A DNA stretch of 64,000 nt from Macrostomum lignano (taxonomy: Eukaryota), in contig NIVC01000070.1 in the NCBI GenBank assembly GCA_002269645.1, positions 1 to 64,000 on the forward strand. The letters are read 5' to 3'. The translations under genes and the position numbers were made by a program. The notes beneath the pieces were generated by a model. The model searched no databases and had not been told where the DNA came from. It saw only the letters and a list, made by a program, of their open reading frames with translations. Of the stretch, positions 15,277 through 44,965 are shown one piece after another. Position 1 is the stretch's first letter. Every line of letters starts with the position of its first letter.

Positions 15277-15827
15277 TCAGCATTTCCTAATCTCCGCAGT
15301 CTCTCCTGATTTACAACTATCGCTCTTCATCTCTTTCGAGTTTACATCCACAGCCTCTTTTGCTGCCAGGCGTTTCACCTTAGCCCGCCGGTTCTGAAAC
15401 CAGGTAGTGACCTGAGACCCGCTGAGGCCCAGCTGCTCCGCCACGGCGTCTCTTCGCTGCACGCTGAGGTAGTGGTGCTGACGGAATTGACGCTCGAGTG
15501 CCGTCAGTTGCGTCGCCGTAAAAGTAGTCCGACTTTTACGCCGCTGGCGCTGGCTGGTTGACTGATCCTGTGTCCCGGATGCAGCTGTCGTTGATGCTGA
15601 CGCTCTGCCAGCTGCTACGGCTGCTCCAGATGAAGCTGACGATGATAGGACTGCAGCGATTGAGGCGGCTGTCTTCCAGGGTCCTGTGGAGCGATTAATT
15701 AATCTTCGTCTCAACACCAGCGCAGAGGCAACTCATACACACGCTCACACAGAGTGGACAGCGGCCGGCCTGACTTTCTAATCGTCAGACATGTCCACTT
15801 CCTTTGGCTTGGGGGTCATCCTTCATG

Positions 15828-15866
<39 letters not shown>

Positions 15867-15910
15867 AAGTAAGTAAGTGGGTAAGTAAGTAAGTAAGTAA
15901 GTAAGTAAGC

Positions 15911-15985
<75 letters not shown>

Positions 15986-16029
15986 AAGTAAGTAAGTGGG
16001 TAAGTAAGTAAGTAAGTAAGTAAGTAAGC

Positions 16030-16124
<95 letters not shown>

Positions 16125-16374
16125 CAAGTAAGTTACCCGAGCTCTGTCTGTCGCTGCTGAATCCTGTCAGAGTCTGGGCGGTGAGTCGAATCAATCGATT
16201 AAGAGGCGACTGGTTCTCTTTGTAGTTACCGCAGCCTAATTCCTGTTGCAGCTCCTCACTTACCGCGGACACAACTGGAACTTCCGTCACTAAATGTTTG
16301 TTTTCAGTTTCTATTTTATTTGTTTCTAGATTGTCTTCAAGGGCTATAAGATCTTTGATGAAAAAAGACTTCAT
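15277..16374 (-). CDS. Lbx: Ladybird/Lbx-family homeobox transcription factor
   Basis: complement join(16137..16374, 15277..15683), phase 1. N-terminal eh1-like SFFIKDLI, SPLNRLIRLTAQTL (cf. Lbx SPLcALeeLasKTF), homeodomain RRKSRTTFT...LSVQRRDAVAEQLGLSGSQVTTWFQNRRAKVKR with Thr at position 47, typical of Lbx. Confidence 0.85.
15829..16134. repeat. (TAAG)n microsatellite in the Lbx intron
   Basis: 4-bp period, starting immediately after the minus-strand donor. Confidence 0.98.
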
Positions 16375-18956
16375 GATTTTCTGTTTGCGAATGCCTGCAG
16401 TAATTGTTTTGGATCTTCTGATCTTTTCGATCTTTTATAGGCTGCAGTTGAAAATTGGTAAGCCAACCTCCCAGGTTAAAGACCATTTGATTCCCCTTAG
16501 GCTACAGCCAACAGCAGCGGTGTCAGCTGACCATCTCTGCCGCCGAGCCCTCGGCCCACGGAATTATTTGTCCATGCGGTTTCGTGTGAACCGTTCGCAA
16601 ACAATTCTGGTTCGGGCGGGCGGAAGTTGACGGATTGGGTCAAAGTTTCAAGAATAGTGGATAGCTTTCCAGCTGGGTGACATCACTTGTACTGGGCATG
16701 ACGCTGCGTGGCTTAATTCCTCTTAATTAAAATTCAAAACAGCAGAATGCGCGCATGGCAGCTTCAGTGCCGATTCGGTGAGAAACTATTTTTCCAAGAA
16801 AGGACAGCTAATTTTCTGTCAGGAATAACTTAGCTACACACCAAAAATGTTTGTGGTTCTGCTTTCAGGAAGTGCAAAGCAACAAACCAAACTTGTTGAT
16901 TCCGCATTTTTTTAGTTTCAGGCTAAAATTAAGCAAGATATGGTCAGTCGTATTCTATATGAAAATTTAAATGCAGGTAACAAAGTACTCGTACTAATAG
17001 CAGTATTTCTTTCCATAATTAACAGTAAAACTACACTCGCACACCGCAACTGTACTTAGACTTGATTTATAATTGATAAGAAACATAATTTTAGCCCCTC
17101 CAGTAAAGAGTCAGAACGGGAGCGATCCTGCATCCGTCAGAAGCAGCTTGGTGTATCGCGTTGTTCACCCTTGGCCTCGTCTCCACGGACCCTCATGTAG
17201 TGTAACGGCTCGCGGACGTCGGCGTACATCGGAACATTGCACGGGTCATGCATTATTAAAAGCTACTCCTGAATGTTATTTGCACCCTCTGCTGACTACA
17301 TGAGGGTACCGATATGGAGACTCACTAACTAATCTCCGAACTACTAGTATAGTTAGTCATGAATCATCTACAGTAAGTCTCGATGTTGTAGAGCACGTAC
17401 AACAGGAAAATATTGTCAACAAAGGCCTCGAAAAGCTACAGGCGTATTACTCTTTGTCATTCCTGACCTTATTCGATCACAGAGATATTTTAGTCCCCAT
17501 AAAAGCATTCTAAACTGTAGTTTTACGATGCCATTCATCAAGCCCAGAAGATTAGACTAGAGTTATCTGCAATTTAGCTCGTAAATATTCTTTCCATCGG
17601 TGACGACTGTAACGAGAAAAATACAACTGGTCAAGGGGAGTAAATTTATTACAGGTTTGTGTAAGTAAACGATTGTTGCTTATATTCAGCTTGTTGGAGA
17701 CAATCCTCGTCGTCAAAGGCCTTATAGGTTGTATCCAAAATTTGACCAATTGTCTAGCTGGGCAGGTATAACCTATAGCAGCTGCCTTATTTCGAGTAAA
17801 CAAATGATCGACTAACTTAGGGAAAATAGTTCCGAAACTCTGATGGAACACTTTTCGTCAAGTTTCGATAGTTAAAATGAGTAAATATAGGGCTTAGCTA
17901 TACTAATCTGCGCTTGCTGGTCGGACAGCGACAATAAATCACCGATAGCAATTATCAGCAGCCACTATTTTGAAGCAGTTTCGACCACCGTATGAACATG
18001 CAACCAAGCCGGCCAGTATAGGGTTTGCTCTAGCTGTATACGGATCGCTTCCATTTGAAATCTCGCGAGCCTTTGTCCGCATCTGGATCTTCCCCTAACT
18101 ACCCTAACCGGTAAAAGCTATCCCTATACAGCTAGCAACAAGTAAAAAGATGACGGTAATTTGTCCGTGACACAGTGTATGACAGTCCCGGAATGTCCGC
18201 GACCCACAAACTGCGCGCGCAACAATTTTTAAACACAATTTACATAGGTGGAAATCTGCAAGTACGGTCATTCATTAAAACAAAACTATGCAGATTTGAG
18301 TTCAGTTACAAGCTACCTACCTGTATTTTTCGCTTATGCACTTAGGTAGAACGATCTGTTAAAATGAACAGTAGTATACATTCATACAATACACACTGAC
18401 CTTGCCAACAATTATGACCTTAATCTGGGATTGATATTGAATTCAAACGTTGCATGCAAATTCAAACTGGGAGGGATTTGAACTTAGCAAGAGAGGGGAT
18501 CGAGCGCGACCAGCACCAGCGCTGAATGCTACGGCAAATGACAGCAGCCAAAGTCTTAAGCAGCTAGTGTTAATATGGTCTCAAAAATAACCCATTGCTT
18601 GCATATATTTTTATAAACCGATTAGATCGAATCGTTGATAAACGAAAAGGTCGAAACATCAATCATGAAGCTCGGTTTATTAGGTCACTGATACATGCAT
18701 GGCAATTATTATAGCAGCGTCATAAAACAGGGGGTCTGGTGGGCTGCCAAAGCTGATGCTGAAATTCATGCACGTTCAAATTCCGCAACGCCTAAAGTCC
18801 ATTTCTGAAAGATTTTCTCTCTGAAAAGATGTACAAGAATCGATGAGGAACTTTTTTCTGACTTCCCCGAAACTTGCCCACCGGATGTTGCCCAATCTTT
18901 TATTTAATTAGTAATTTTTATGTACAAGTTGCATGTGAGGATGCTATAGTTTATAC

Positions 18957-19762
18957 CAGGGGTTGGCAAACTTTTTATCTTAAGGGCCAAAGAACTTAGC
19001 GCATGACTGCGGGCGAGAGGATGGGAGAAAATAGAGAGAATAGAGGAGACAGATAAGAGGAGAGTCACCCCAAGATTACAAATTCTGCTTCTCAAACTTT
19101 AGCAGATCTTGTCTCTGTGCCATTCTTAGCAGATCTTCTCAATCTGCCCGGTTCTTGCAGGATCTTCCTAAGATGGGAGGTACATTTGTTTTGTTAATTA
19201 TTTGGCTAAAGTGTTCTAGCTGAACTATATTTATTTTATATGTTATTTGATTGTCAATATTTTATATTTTATATTAATTATGGGACAACAAATTTAAGAA
19301 AATATGCGATTTGAAGCTATAGAAAGATATAAAAGCTAAGATCTTTTACGATGTAGCAAAGTCAAAAGTTTACCTAATTGTTATCATAGCGAAGATCTTG
19401 CACGCTCTTGCAAGTACTTGCGCAGCAACCCAAGAAGATAGATAAGATCTGTTAAGAATCAACAACAAGTCAATGTCTTCTAGGGACACGATCAGGGCGA
19501 GAGGCGAGGCGAAAATAGAGGAGAGGAGAGAGGAGGGGAGAGGAGAGAGAGAGAGGAGAGGAGAGGAGAGGAGAGGAGAGGAGAGGAGAGGAGAGGAGAG
19601 AGGAGAGGAGAGAGATCAGAGGAGATGAATTAGGGAGTTGAGAAAAGACACGAACTTTGAGCGGGCCGAATTGCTATTGTGAAGTTTCAAAGGATCCGAG
19701 TGCCGGATAGAGAGGCTTTGCGGGCCGCATGTTGCCCGCGGGCCGGAGTCTACCGACCCCTG
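18957..19762 (+). mobile_element. hAT-superfamily MITE, intact ends, 8-bp TSD
   Basis: Left TIR CAGGGGTTGGCAAACT, right TIR (reverse complement) CAGGGGTCGGTAGACT; identical flanking 8-mer GTTTATAC at 18949..18956 and 19763..19770; internal (GGAGA)n. Confidence 0.92.
19122..19459. mobile_element. Inverted-repeat insert nested in the hAT MITE
   Basis: ATTCTTAGCAGATCTT (19122) versus AAGATCTGTTAAGAAT (ends 19459), AT-rich core; not seen in the other family copies. Confidence 0.55.
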
Positions 19763-20605
19763 GTTTATACAGTACATGTGTAATAAATAGCGGTTTTTAT
19801 TTTTCTCAAATTATGCTCGCGATTGGGGCGGGGGGGCAATTATTAATAAAGCAATTGGCATGCCCCTAATTTTTTGCGAGAGGACAACTCATCTAAAAAA
19901 CTTGATTTCATTTGGCAAATAAAGGTATCAAAGCAAGTGTCATCTGCCTCATGGCGTCAATTGCTAATTATCAAGTTGCAACGGTTGCCTATGAAACTGG
20001 CATTTGTACATATGGCTTAGTGCGTTTAAACAAGCCATTACGTCAAACTGAAATTTAATTATCTACGATGGCTATCTTTGCCTTTTATTTTAAACTTTTT
20101 AGCTAATATTTGCTACAATCTAATTTTAAAAATAGGATAAATTATGAGTCATTTTCAAACTGAATAAGAGTATAATTTTCTATGAATTTCTAACAAAATC
20201 CAATAGATTCGAATATAACTGTTAAGAAAATCGTCGCATTAATATTCGTTGATAGCATAAGATTGCGTTAAATTGCTTAGGGCTAGTCCGATTTGTTGGT
20301 GGTTATTTGTTTAAAGTTAGGCCCTTTAGGTAAATAACATTATTTATTCATTTTTTGTGTTCGAGCCAGTGCAGGGCAAGCTGTAGCCTGTAGCAAGCCA
20401 AAAATGCCCAAAAAACTAGGAAATTGCCAACAGTTGCTTTACTAGCTTTAAATTACTAGGCCTATTTTACCAAGCAGTAAGAGGCAAAGGCTGGTAAAAT
20501 TTAATTTGATCTGTCAGTTTTATACAATTATCAGTCTACTCACAAAAATATTTGAAGTGAAACCTGATTTAGTTTGCTTTTTTAATGAAACAAAAAAGCC
20601 AAAAT

Positions 20606-38245
<17,640 letters not shown>

Positions 38246-38479
38246 GCAGTTCGGTCTAAGTGTTGCTTTTGTCAGGTGAAGTTGGTAACTAGGCAACAGC
38301 CACTAGATGCCATAGACTATAAAGCCGGTCATGCACTTTAACACAGACTGTAAGGCAAGCAAGCTAGCTGTTCAAAGTTCTTTCAAAGAATCATATGCAT
38401 TCACTACCCGTTGAAAACGATACCAAGGACAAGAGCCGTCTAAAGAGTCATTGCAAGCAACTCAGTAGTGACTCTGGTG

Positions 38480-38610
38480 CATGGGTCAGCAAACTTTTTT
38501 GCCTCAAGTGCCAGATAAGGAATTAAGGCGATGAAATAGATGAGAGATAACAAAGAGGAGAGGCGAGAGATAGGATCAGAGGTGAGAAGAGAGAGAGAGA
38601 GAGGAGAGAG
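38480..38610 (+). mobile_element. Truncated hAT MITE family copy
   Basis: CATGGGTCAGCAAACTTTTTT left end followed by a short GA tract. Confidence 0.55.
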
Positions 38611-40278
38611 CTTTCTCGGCCTGGGTACTGTTTTCACCGGGCTAATTGGGCCTGGCCATAGACTACAGAAACTAATTTATTCCCCAATAAATACATAGTG
38701 CATAGCTCAGCGATGAAACTAATTAGGGTTCAACTTGACTGACAAATGCGATAGCAGCTCTGCATCAGGCCTGGTCTCACTGGGCAGCCAATTGTTGTAT
38801 TAGGAGAACATTTTGTACATAGTTTAGTACACTCATTGTATGCAATATCAATATTATATATATTATCCTTAATATAGATCTGCCTGAGTTATTAGCGCCT
38901 AAGTTATAATTGCTCTTGTCATGCTAATATTACTGTTATAAGTAGTTATTACGAAATATTATTATTATCATAGTGCCTCGAATTTTTTTTTATTGTTTAT
39001 TTAATTATGATTTATTTGAACATTTGCCTACTTCAAGTAGCGTGTTGTGTGCTTGTTTGTTTGTTTGAAGCTTAACAGATTTTAAGCAAGTTGATGACTC
39101 AAGTTAATTCATTACTCAAGTTAAGCGTGATCTTTCGCACTGTATTGTATAATTAGGAGTAATACTGATTACGTAACCATATTAATTGCTTAACAAAGTT
39201 TCTCAGATATTAGTGCTTTGGTGTGTAGATGTATCTTTTGCAGTTTTTTTAATACCTTTGATAACTCATTTAATGATGGCAAGTCACTTTTAGCGCACAT
39301 GTGCTTATATAAATTACTTTACTAATTATGAAATCAAGCTGTGCTTACATCCGGACTACATAATACTCAGCCGTACAGAGCCACATCTTTATGATGTAAA
39401 TATTAATAATAAATAATAATAAACGACTAAAAAGGCAGTATTTTTTGCATCTGTTGGAATAGTTTGTTGGCTTTAACTACATCGCTATATACTAATTATA
39501 ATATTATATATGATGCTATTTTTCTCTGTTCCATCTCTACTTGCGCTGTTAAAGAGATTATCGACTTGCTTGCCACAATTGCCCTACCGATTAGTCCATG
39601 CCTCTTAAAAAATCATCACTTATAGCTGTTATGATAACACTGAAAATATTATTTGCATACATTTTTGGCGATTCTCTCTGCTCTCTCCTTGCTTTCTTAC
39701 ACGAGTTTTTGACTATATGAAATAAATTTTAAGAAACTTTTTCAGAAATACAAAAAACAGAAATTGTCATAAATCATTTTTGCGTCATTAGGAGTTGTTT
39801 GTTATTGAGTTTACCTGTATACTGTATATTTATCAATATTAGTGCATTTGAGTATTGTCAAAAGCTATGTAAAAATATACAATCTCAAGGCCACTCAATC
39901 GTTAAAGGTTTCGTATTTTACGAATATTTTAAGCAGTACAAGACTTGGTTAAGCTGTGTGCTAATGGAATTTGCAGGCGGTTTGGCACTAAGTTTATTAG
40001 ATGACAATCTGATAAATTATCAGGTGACATAATAGGAAAATTATCGAGATACCTTATAAAGAATAAGTATGTAGGACGGCCTTCCTACATGTCCGTTTAT
40101 ACATTTACGCAGAGAATGAGACTTTTGGCCACAGACATAGTGCTTCGACGACATCACGGCTTCAGGAGCGAGAAAGTACTCAGTACATTATTCCCATAGA
40201 CATTGGACTGTGGGTCAAATTAGGGGGGGGGTTGAATTCGACTTTAATGTTTCTGACCTTAGTGGTAATCTGTAGCAA

Positions 40279-41225
40279 CACCTTTTCACGTTCAATTTTG
40301 ATCAAAGTCCAGTTCCAAAAAAACTAGCGAAAATTCAATTCAGACTGGGGCAACGCTTACGGGAAATCAATAAGAAAAAACTCCAAACCCCAGTTCAAAA
40401 TATTCTGCCACCGAAGCAAGGTTTAGCCATAGACAAAATTGTCCCCAGTCTGAATTGTCTGAATTGAATTTCCGCCAGTTCCTTTAGAACTGGACTTTGA
40501 TCAAAATTGAACCAAGGACTACTCCAGTAACATATATATAGGACGCTACACTCGAAATCAGTGGTAAATGTTTTGAAGGCAACTTTTCGCCCAAAAATAC
40601 ACTACATAGATAGGAGGTTTTAATTTTTTTCAGCACAAAAATTGTTATTGCTATTGATAGGAGGCAGATCCAGTGTTTATCTTTTGATATGTTGTGCCTT
40701 TCTTACTGCTCTATCGATATTCATAAAGCTTTTCGTTCAGAAATAGTTTTAAAGGCACGTTTAATTGTGTCTGTCACTTGAAAAAACGTTTAAAATAATG
40801 ACAAGATCAATTTAACATGAAAAATCGGTTAATGCGTCGTTGGAGCAGCATGTGAGGCACAAAATAGTGTGATTAGGACTTTCTCTGACCCTGTTAAGAG
40901 ACCCAATCACTGTTTTAGTGTTGAAAATCGTGAAATTTCCTATCTCTGTAGTGTATTTTCCGGTGAAACCTGCTTTAAAACTATTTCTGAACGAAAAGCT
41001 TTATGAATATCGATAAAGCCATAAGAAAGACACAACATATCAAAAGATGAACACTGGGTCTGCCTCCTATCAAAAGCAATAACAGTTTTTGTGCTGAAAA
41101 AATTAAAACCTCCTATCTCAGTAGTGTATTTTTAGGCGAAAAGTTGCCTTCAAAACATTTACCACTGATTTCGAGTGTTGCGTCCTTCTACTTAAGTTGT
41201 CCTTGAATTGAACGTGAAAAGGTGT
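40279..41225. mobile_element. Older palindromic MITE interrupted by a younger insertion
   Basis: Left arm CACCTTTTCACGTTCAATTTTGATCAAAGTCCAGTTC...CAGACTGGGG pairs with a right arm split into 40443..40512 and 41206..41225. Confidence 0.75.
40513..41205. mobile_element. 693-bp foldback DNA element, hAT-like (8-bp TSD)
   Basis: TSD AATTGAAC at 40505..40512 and 41206..41213; 11-bp TIR CAAGGACTACT / CAAGGACAACT; ~215-bp near-perfect inverted arms at 40541..40756 and ~40970..41185. Confidence 0.85.
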
Positions 41226-41319
41226 AGTAATGCGCTGTTACAAGCGTATATCCAACACTCTGGGACAGGCGACTAAAGACAGTCAAGAGCTTTTACGCTA
41301 ATTATAAATCATCCAAATT

Positions 41320-41617
41320 TTGGGTCGGCAAGCTCCGGGCCTCCGGCCACATGCGGCCCGCAAAGCCGATCTCAATCCGGCCCTCGGGTCCTGTGAAACT
41401 TCACCATAGCAATCCGACCTGCTCAATGTTTGTGTCTCTTCTCAGCTCTCTTCTCTCTGTCTGCTCATTCGCTATCCCCTCTCCTCTCACCCATTTCCTC
41501 TACTCTCGCCTCTCCTCTCTCTTATCTCTCATCTTCTATTTTCTTTCTCATGTCACCCGCAGCCATGAGCTGAATTTTTTAACTGCCCCTTGAGGTAAAA
41601 AAGTTTTCCAAACCCTG
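41320..41617 (-). mobile_element. hAT MITE family copy, reverse orientation
   Basis: Reverse complement gives CAGGGTTTGGAAAACTTTTT at one end and GTGAAGTTTCACAGGACCCGAGGGCCGGATTGAG...GCGGGCCGC at the other. Confidence 0.8.
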
Positions 41618-41799
41618 ATTCAAATTGTATCCTAAATGAAGGCTAGATGGAATAGAAATGGCTGCCTATGTACTCGTAGCTACAGGCACTATAGTAGCAA
41701 AGTCCATGCAAATTTGGATCGGGAGAACCTACGACTCTTGCTAGCGTCTTGTCAACTTGTCAGTTTTGTTGGTTTTTCTGTCAGCTGAGGCCTGCAATT

Positions 41800-43307
41800 C
41801 TAAATCTCGACGAACTCTTCACTGTCGCTATCGTCGTCTCTGACGAAGCTTCGCTGTTGACGCCACACCAAGGAGCTTCTTGCTGACGGCGCTGCTGGCG
41901 CTGGCGGCTGCGGTCCGTTGGATTCCTCAGTCGATACAGCGCGACTGTCGGCATTGATCGCGGTGGAGTTGCTGCTTCTCGGTCCCGGCTCCTCGGGCGC
42001 GGTCGTCTCTACTGAAGAGTGCACGCTGGAGTCCAAACCCAGCTCGGAGAGGTCCATCTTCCGAAGCTCCTCGTCCATCATGGTGAACACGGTGGTCAGC
42101 AGCGCGGGATTTCGCTGGAACTCCGACCACTCAGTCAGGTTGTTCCTCTGGAGTCGCTCGCGCCAGTGCGGCGGCAGGTTGACGAATCGGCGAGTGCAGC
42201 GGTCGAACCAAACCTGCGGCGGCTGCTGCTGTTGCGGCTGCTGCTGATGGTTGGTCTGAGGCGAAAATTCTTGCGATCGCTGAAATATAGCAGTCATTTC
42301 ACACAAATGTAAAATCTCAGACATTGGTTTAATAGAGTTAAACACTACGAGCAATGTATAGAGGCTTGAGCAGCGGAGCCGAAGCGCGTCCGACTCTCGC
42401 CCCGAAGTCTCTAGAACTGACTCCAGATCATTCGTGCATCATTCGAACGAAGGGGACCGTAGCCTAGTGGTTCAGTGCGACGCTTTGATATGTTTTATAA
42501 GCCTCTCAGCGTGGGTCTTACATGTAGAATGCAATTAACGCCCTTGAGGCCCAACCCCCAAGGCGCAGTGAAGTGTACATGCCTAACGATAAATAAAGTC
42601 AGGGCCGCTGTACACTCCTGTGTGAGTGTGTGCCTGTGCGTATGACTGCGTACGTATCCGTGCGATTGCGTGCCTGCTCATGGGAGTCGGCGAAATGGGC
42701 AGTAATGCCTCTCGCCGGTTGTGTGACAATGTCGCCTAAATTGCGCCAGGGTGAACAGCCCCTGCCTCGAATAGAGTAAAAAGTTTATGCATTAAAATCG
42801 ATCTGGGGTCCACAGCGCACATGATGTGTTGTACATTGTCTGACTATGAGGAAAACTGAAGCTTCTTACCGAGCTCCATCGCGACTGGTGCTGCTGTTGA
42901 GCCGCACTGGCAGCACCGTCGTACGTCCTGCCCAGGCTCATTCGCGATGGCGGCGTGGGCGGAGGCGAGTCCGTCCAGGCCTCTCTTCGGTCTGTCGTCG
43001 ACTCTGCAGCCGCTGCGCCAACGGAAAGCACCGACGAAGCTGGCAACGACGCAAAGGACATGATGGACTGTTTAGCTCCTGACGGGTGCGCCAGTAGGCG
43101 GCTGTTGAACTCCGGTAGCCACCTCTGCGGCACGCCCTGATAAGTGCCCGACAGAGAGTCGTAGCTAACGTGCAGCGTTCGCTTGACCAGCTGCGGCGTT
43201 GAGATGCGTTTTCGGCCCTACCTGCCGCTGCTGTCGTCCTGGTGTGGCAACCAACTGGCTACGGCTTGTCTGGCCCGCTCAAGTCTGTGCTTGATGTCTT
43301 TTGGCAT
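41800..43307 (-). CDS. Kinase-less protein with two PAK-type PBD/CRIB-like modules; in-frame TAG at codon 30 (readthrough, splicing, pseudogene or sequence error)
   Basis: complement join(42870..43307, 41800..42279), phase-0 intron GTAAGA...TTTCAG. Module 1 KRISTPQLVKRTLHVSYDSLSGTYQGVPQRW; module 2 VWFDRCTRRFVNLPPHWRERLQRNNLTEWSEFQRNPALLTTVFTMM; compare PAK1 [54 protein letters not shown]. TAG at 43218..43220. Confidence 0.65.
42456..42765 (+). mobile_element. SINE-like repeat family B copy, in the intron of the PBD gene
   Basis: GGGACCGTAGCCTAGTGG A-box-like head; body shared with 14160..14370. Confidence 0.6.
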
Positions 43308-44009
43308 GCTCTGCTTTTTTGCCGCGGAGCCACCCCTCTTTTTTTCTGCGGTCTCTCTAGCCCCAAGACTGCTGCTGCACGACCGAGAGTACGCTGTGAG
43401 CGCGGGCCAGCAATCTCTGTACACTCGATTACTGTATCTGCCGACGAGCAGTTGAACACAATAGATAAAGATTGAGAACAAATCTTTGCCTAAAGAGCTG
43501 CTGGCGGTGGGCGGCGCTATAGGCAGTTCTGGTCAGAGCCCGCAACACAGACCGCGCAGTTTGTGCAATATAAGCCTGTTCCAAGAGTCTGTTTGGCCTA
43601 TCTAACTCTCGAAGTGTACCCCCGGTGATAAATGCTATCTAAGATGGCTACACTTGGGTTAGCAATTAAGAATTTTAGGCCACGACCAGTTGAGGGACAA
43701 GCAGACTTTCCCAGAGGAAACGGAAAGTGACTAACTGCTATGAATGTGTAGATGCCTAATGTATGCAAAAATAAACATGCGCTTTAACCTGTTCATAAAA
43801 TTTGTCGCAGTGATGGCACACTTTCTCGTGCAAACATCTCGTGCAAGCAGGAAATAAGTGGCTCAACTTGCCTTCATCAAGTCGTATGAATGTAGAACTG
43901 TGTGCATAAATATCAGCTGAAAAGTTATGTAAGAAACTTTTAAATTAACAAAATTTCTAATTTGCCGTAAAAATGGATATAGATTAAGGGTATGGAAAAA
44001 ATAGGCTTA

Positions 44010-44965
44010 AAAACACACTGACACAGACCGAGAAGCACTCTGAAACACAGACTGGGAAGCCCTCTGATAGACACAGATTGAGAGGCACTCTGACAGACAG
44101 ACTGAGAAGCACTCTGACAAACACACATGCTGAGAGGCACTCTGAAACAGACTGAGAAGCACTGACACAGACTGAGAAGCACTGACACAGACTGAGAAGC
44201 ATTCCGACAGTCACACAGACTGAGAAGCACTCTGACAGTTACACAGACTGAGAAGCACTCTGACAGTCACACAGACTGAGAAGCACTCTGTAAGAGGTTG
44301 AGAAGCACTCGGAAAGAGGCTGAGAAGCACTCTGAAAAACACACAGAGTGAGCAGCACTCTGACAGACACACGTACTGAGGAGCACTCTGACAGACGCAC
44401 AGGCTGAGAAGCACTCCGACAGACTGAGAAGAACTCTGAAACACAGACTGAGAAGCACTCTGACAAACACACAGACTGAGAAGCACTCTGACAAACACAC
44501 AGACTGAGAAGCACTCTGACAAACACACAGACTGAGAAGCACTCTGACAAACACACATGCTGAGAGGCACTCTGAAACAGACTGAGAAGCACTGACACAG
44601 ACTGAGAAGCACTGACACAGACTGAGAAGCATTCCGACAGTCAAACAGACTGAGAAGCACTCTGACAGTTACACAGACTGAGAAGCACTCTGACAGTCAC
44701 ACAGACTTAGAAGCACTCTGTAAGAGGTTGAGAAGCACTCGGAAAGAGGCTGAGAAGCACTCTGAAAAACACACAGAGTGAGCAGCACTCTGACAGACAC
44801 ACGTACTGAGGAGCACTCTGACAGACGCACAGGCTGAGAAGCACTCCGACAGACTGAGAAGAACTCTGAAACACAGACTGAGAAGCACTCTGACAAACAC
44901 ACAGACTGAGAAGCACTCTGACAGACACAGACCGAGAGGCACTCTGACAGACTGAGAAGCACCCT
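44010..44965. repeat. ~22-24-bp minisatellite (ACACAGACTGAGAAGCACTCTGAC) with ~430-bp higher-order duplication
   Basis: Rare variants such as TAAGAGGTTGAGAAGCACTCGGAAAGAGG occur at about 44291 and 44721. Confidence 0.93.
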
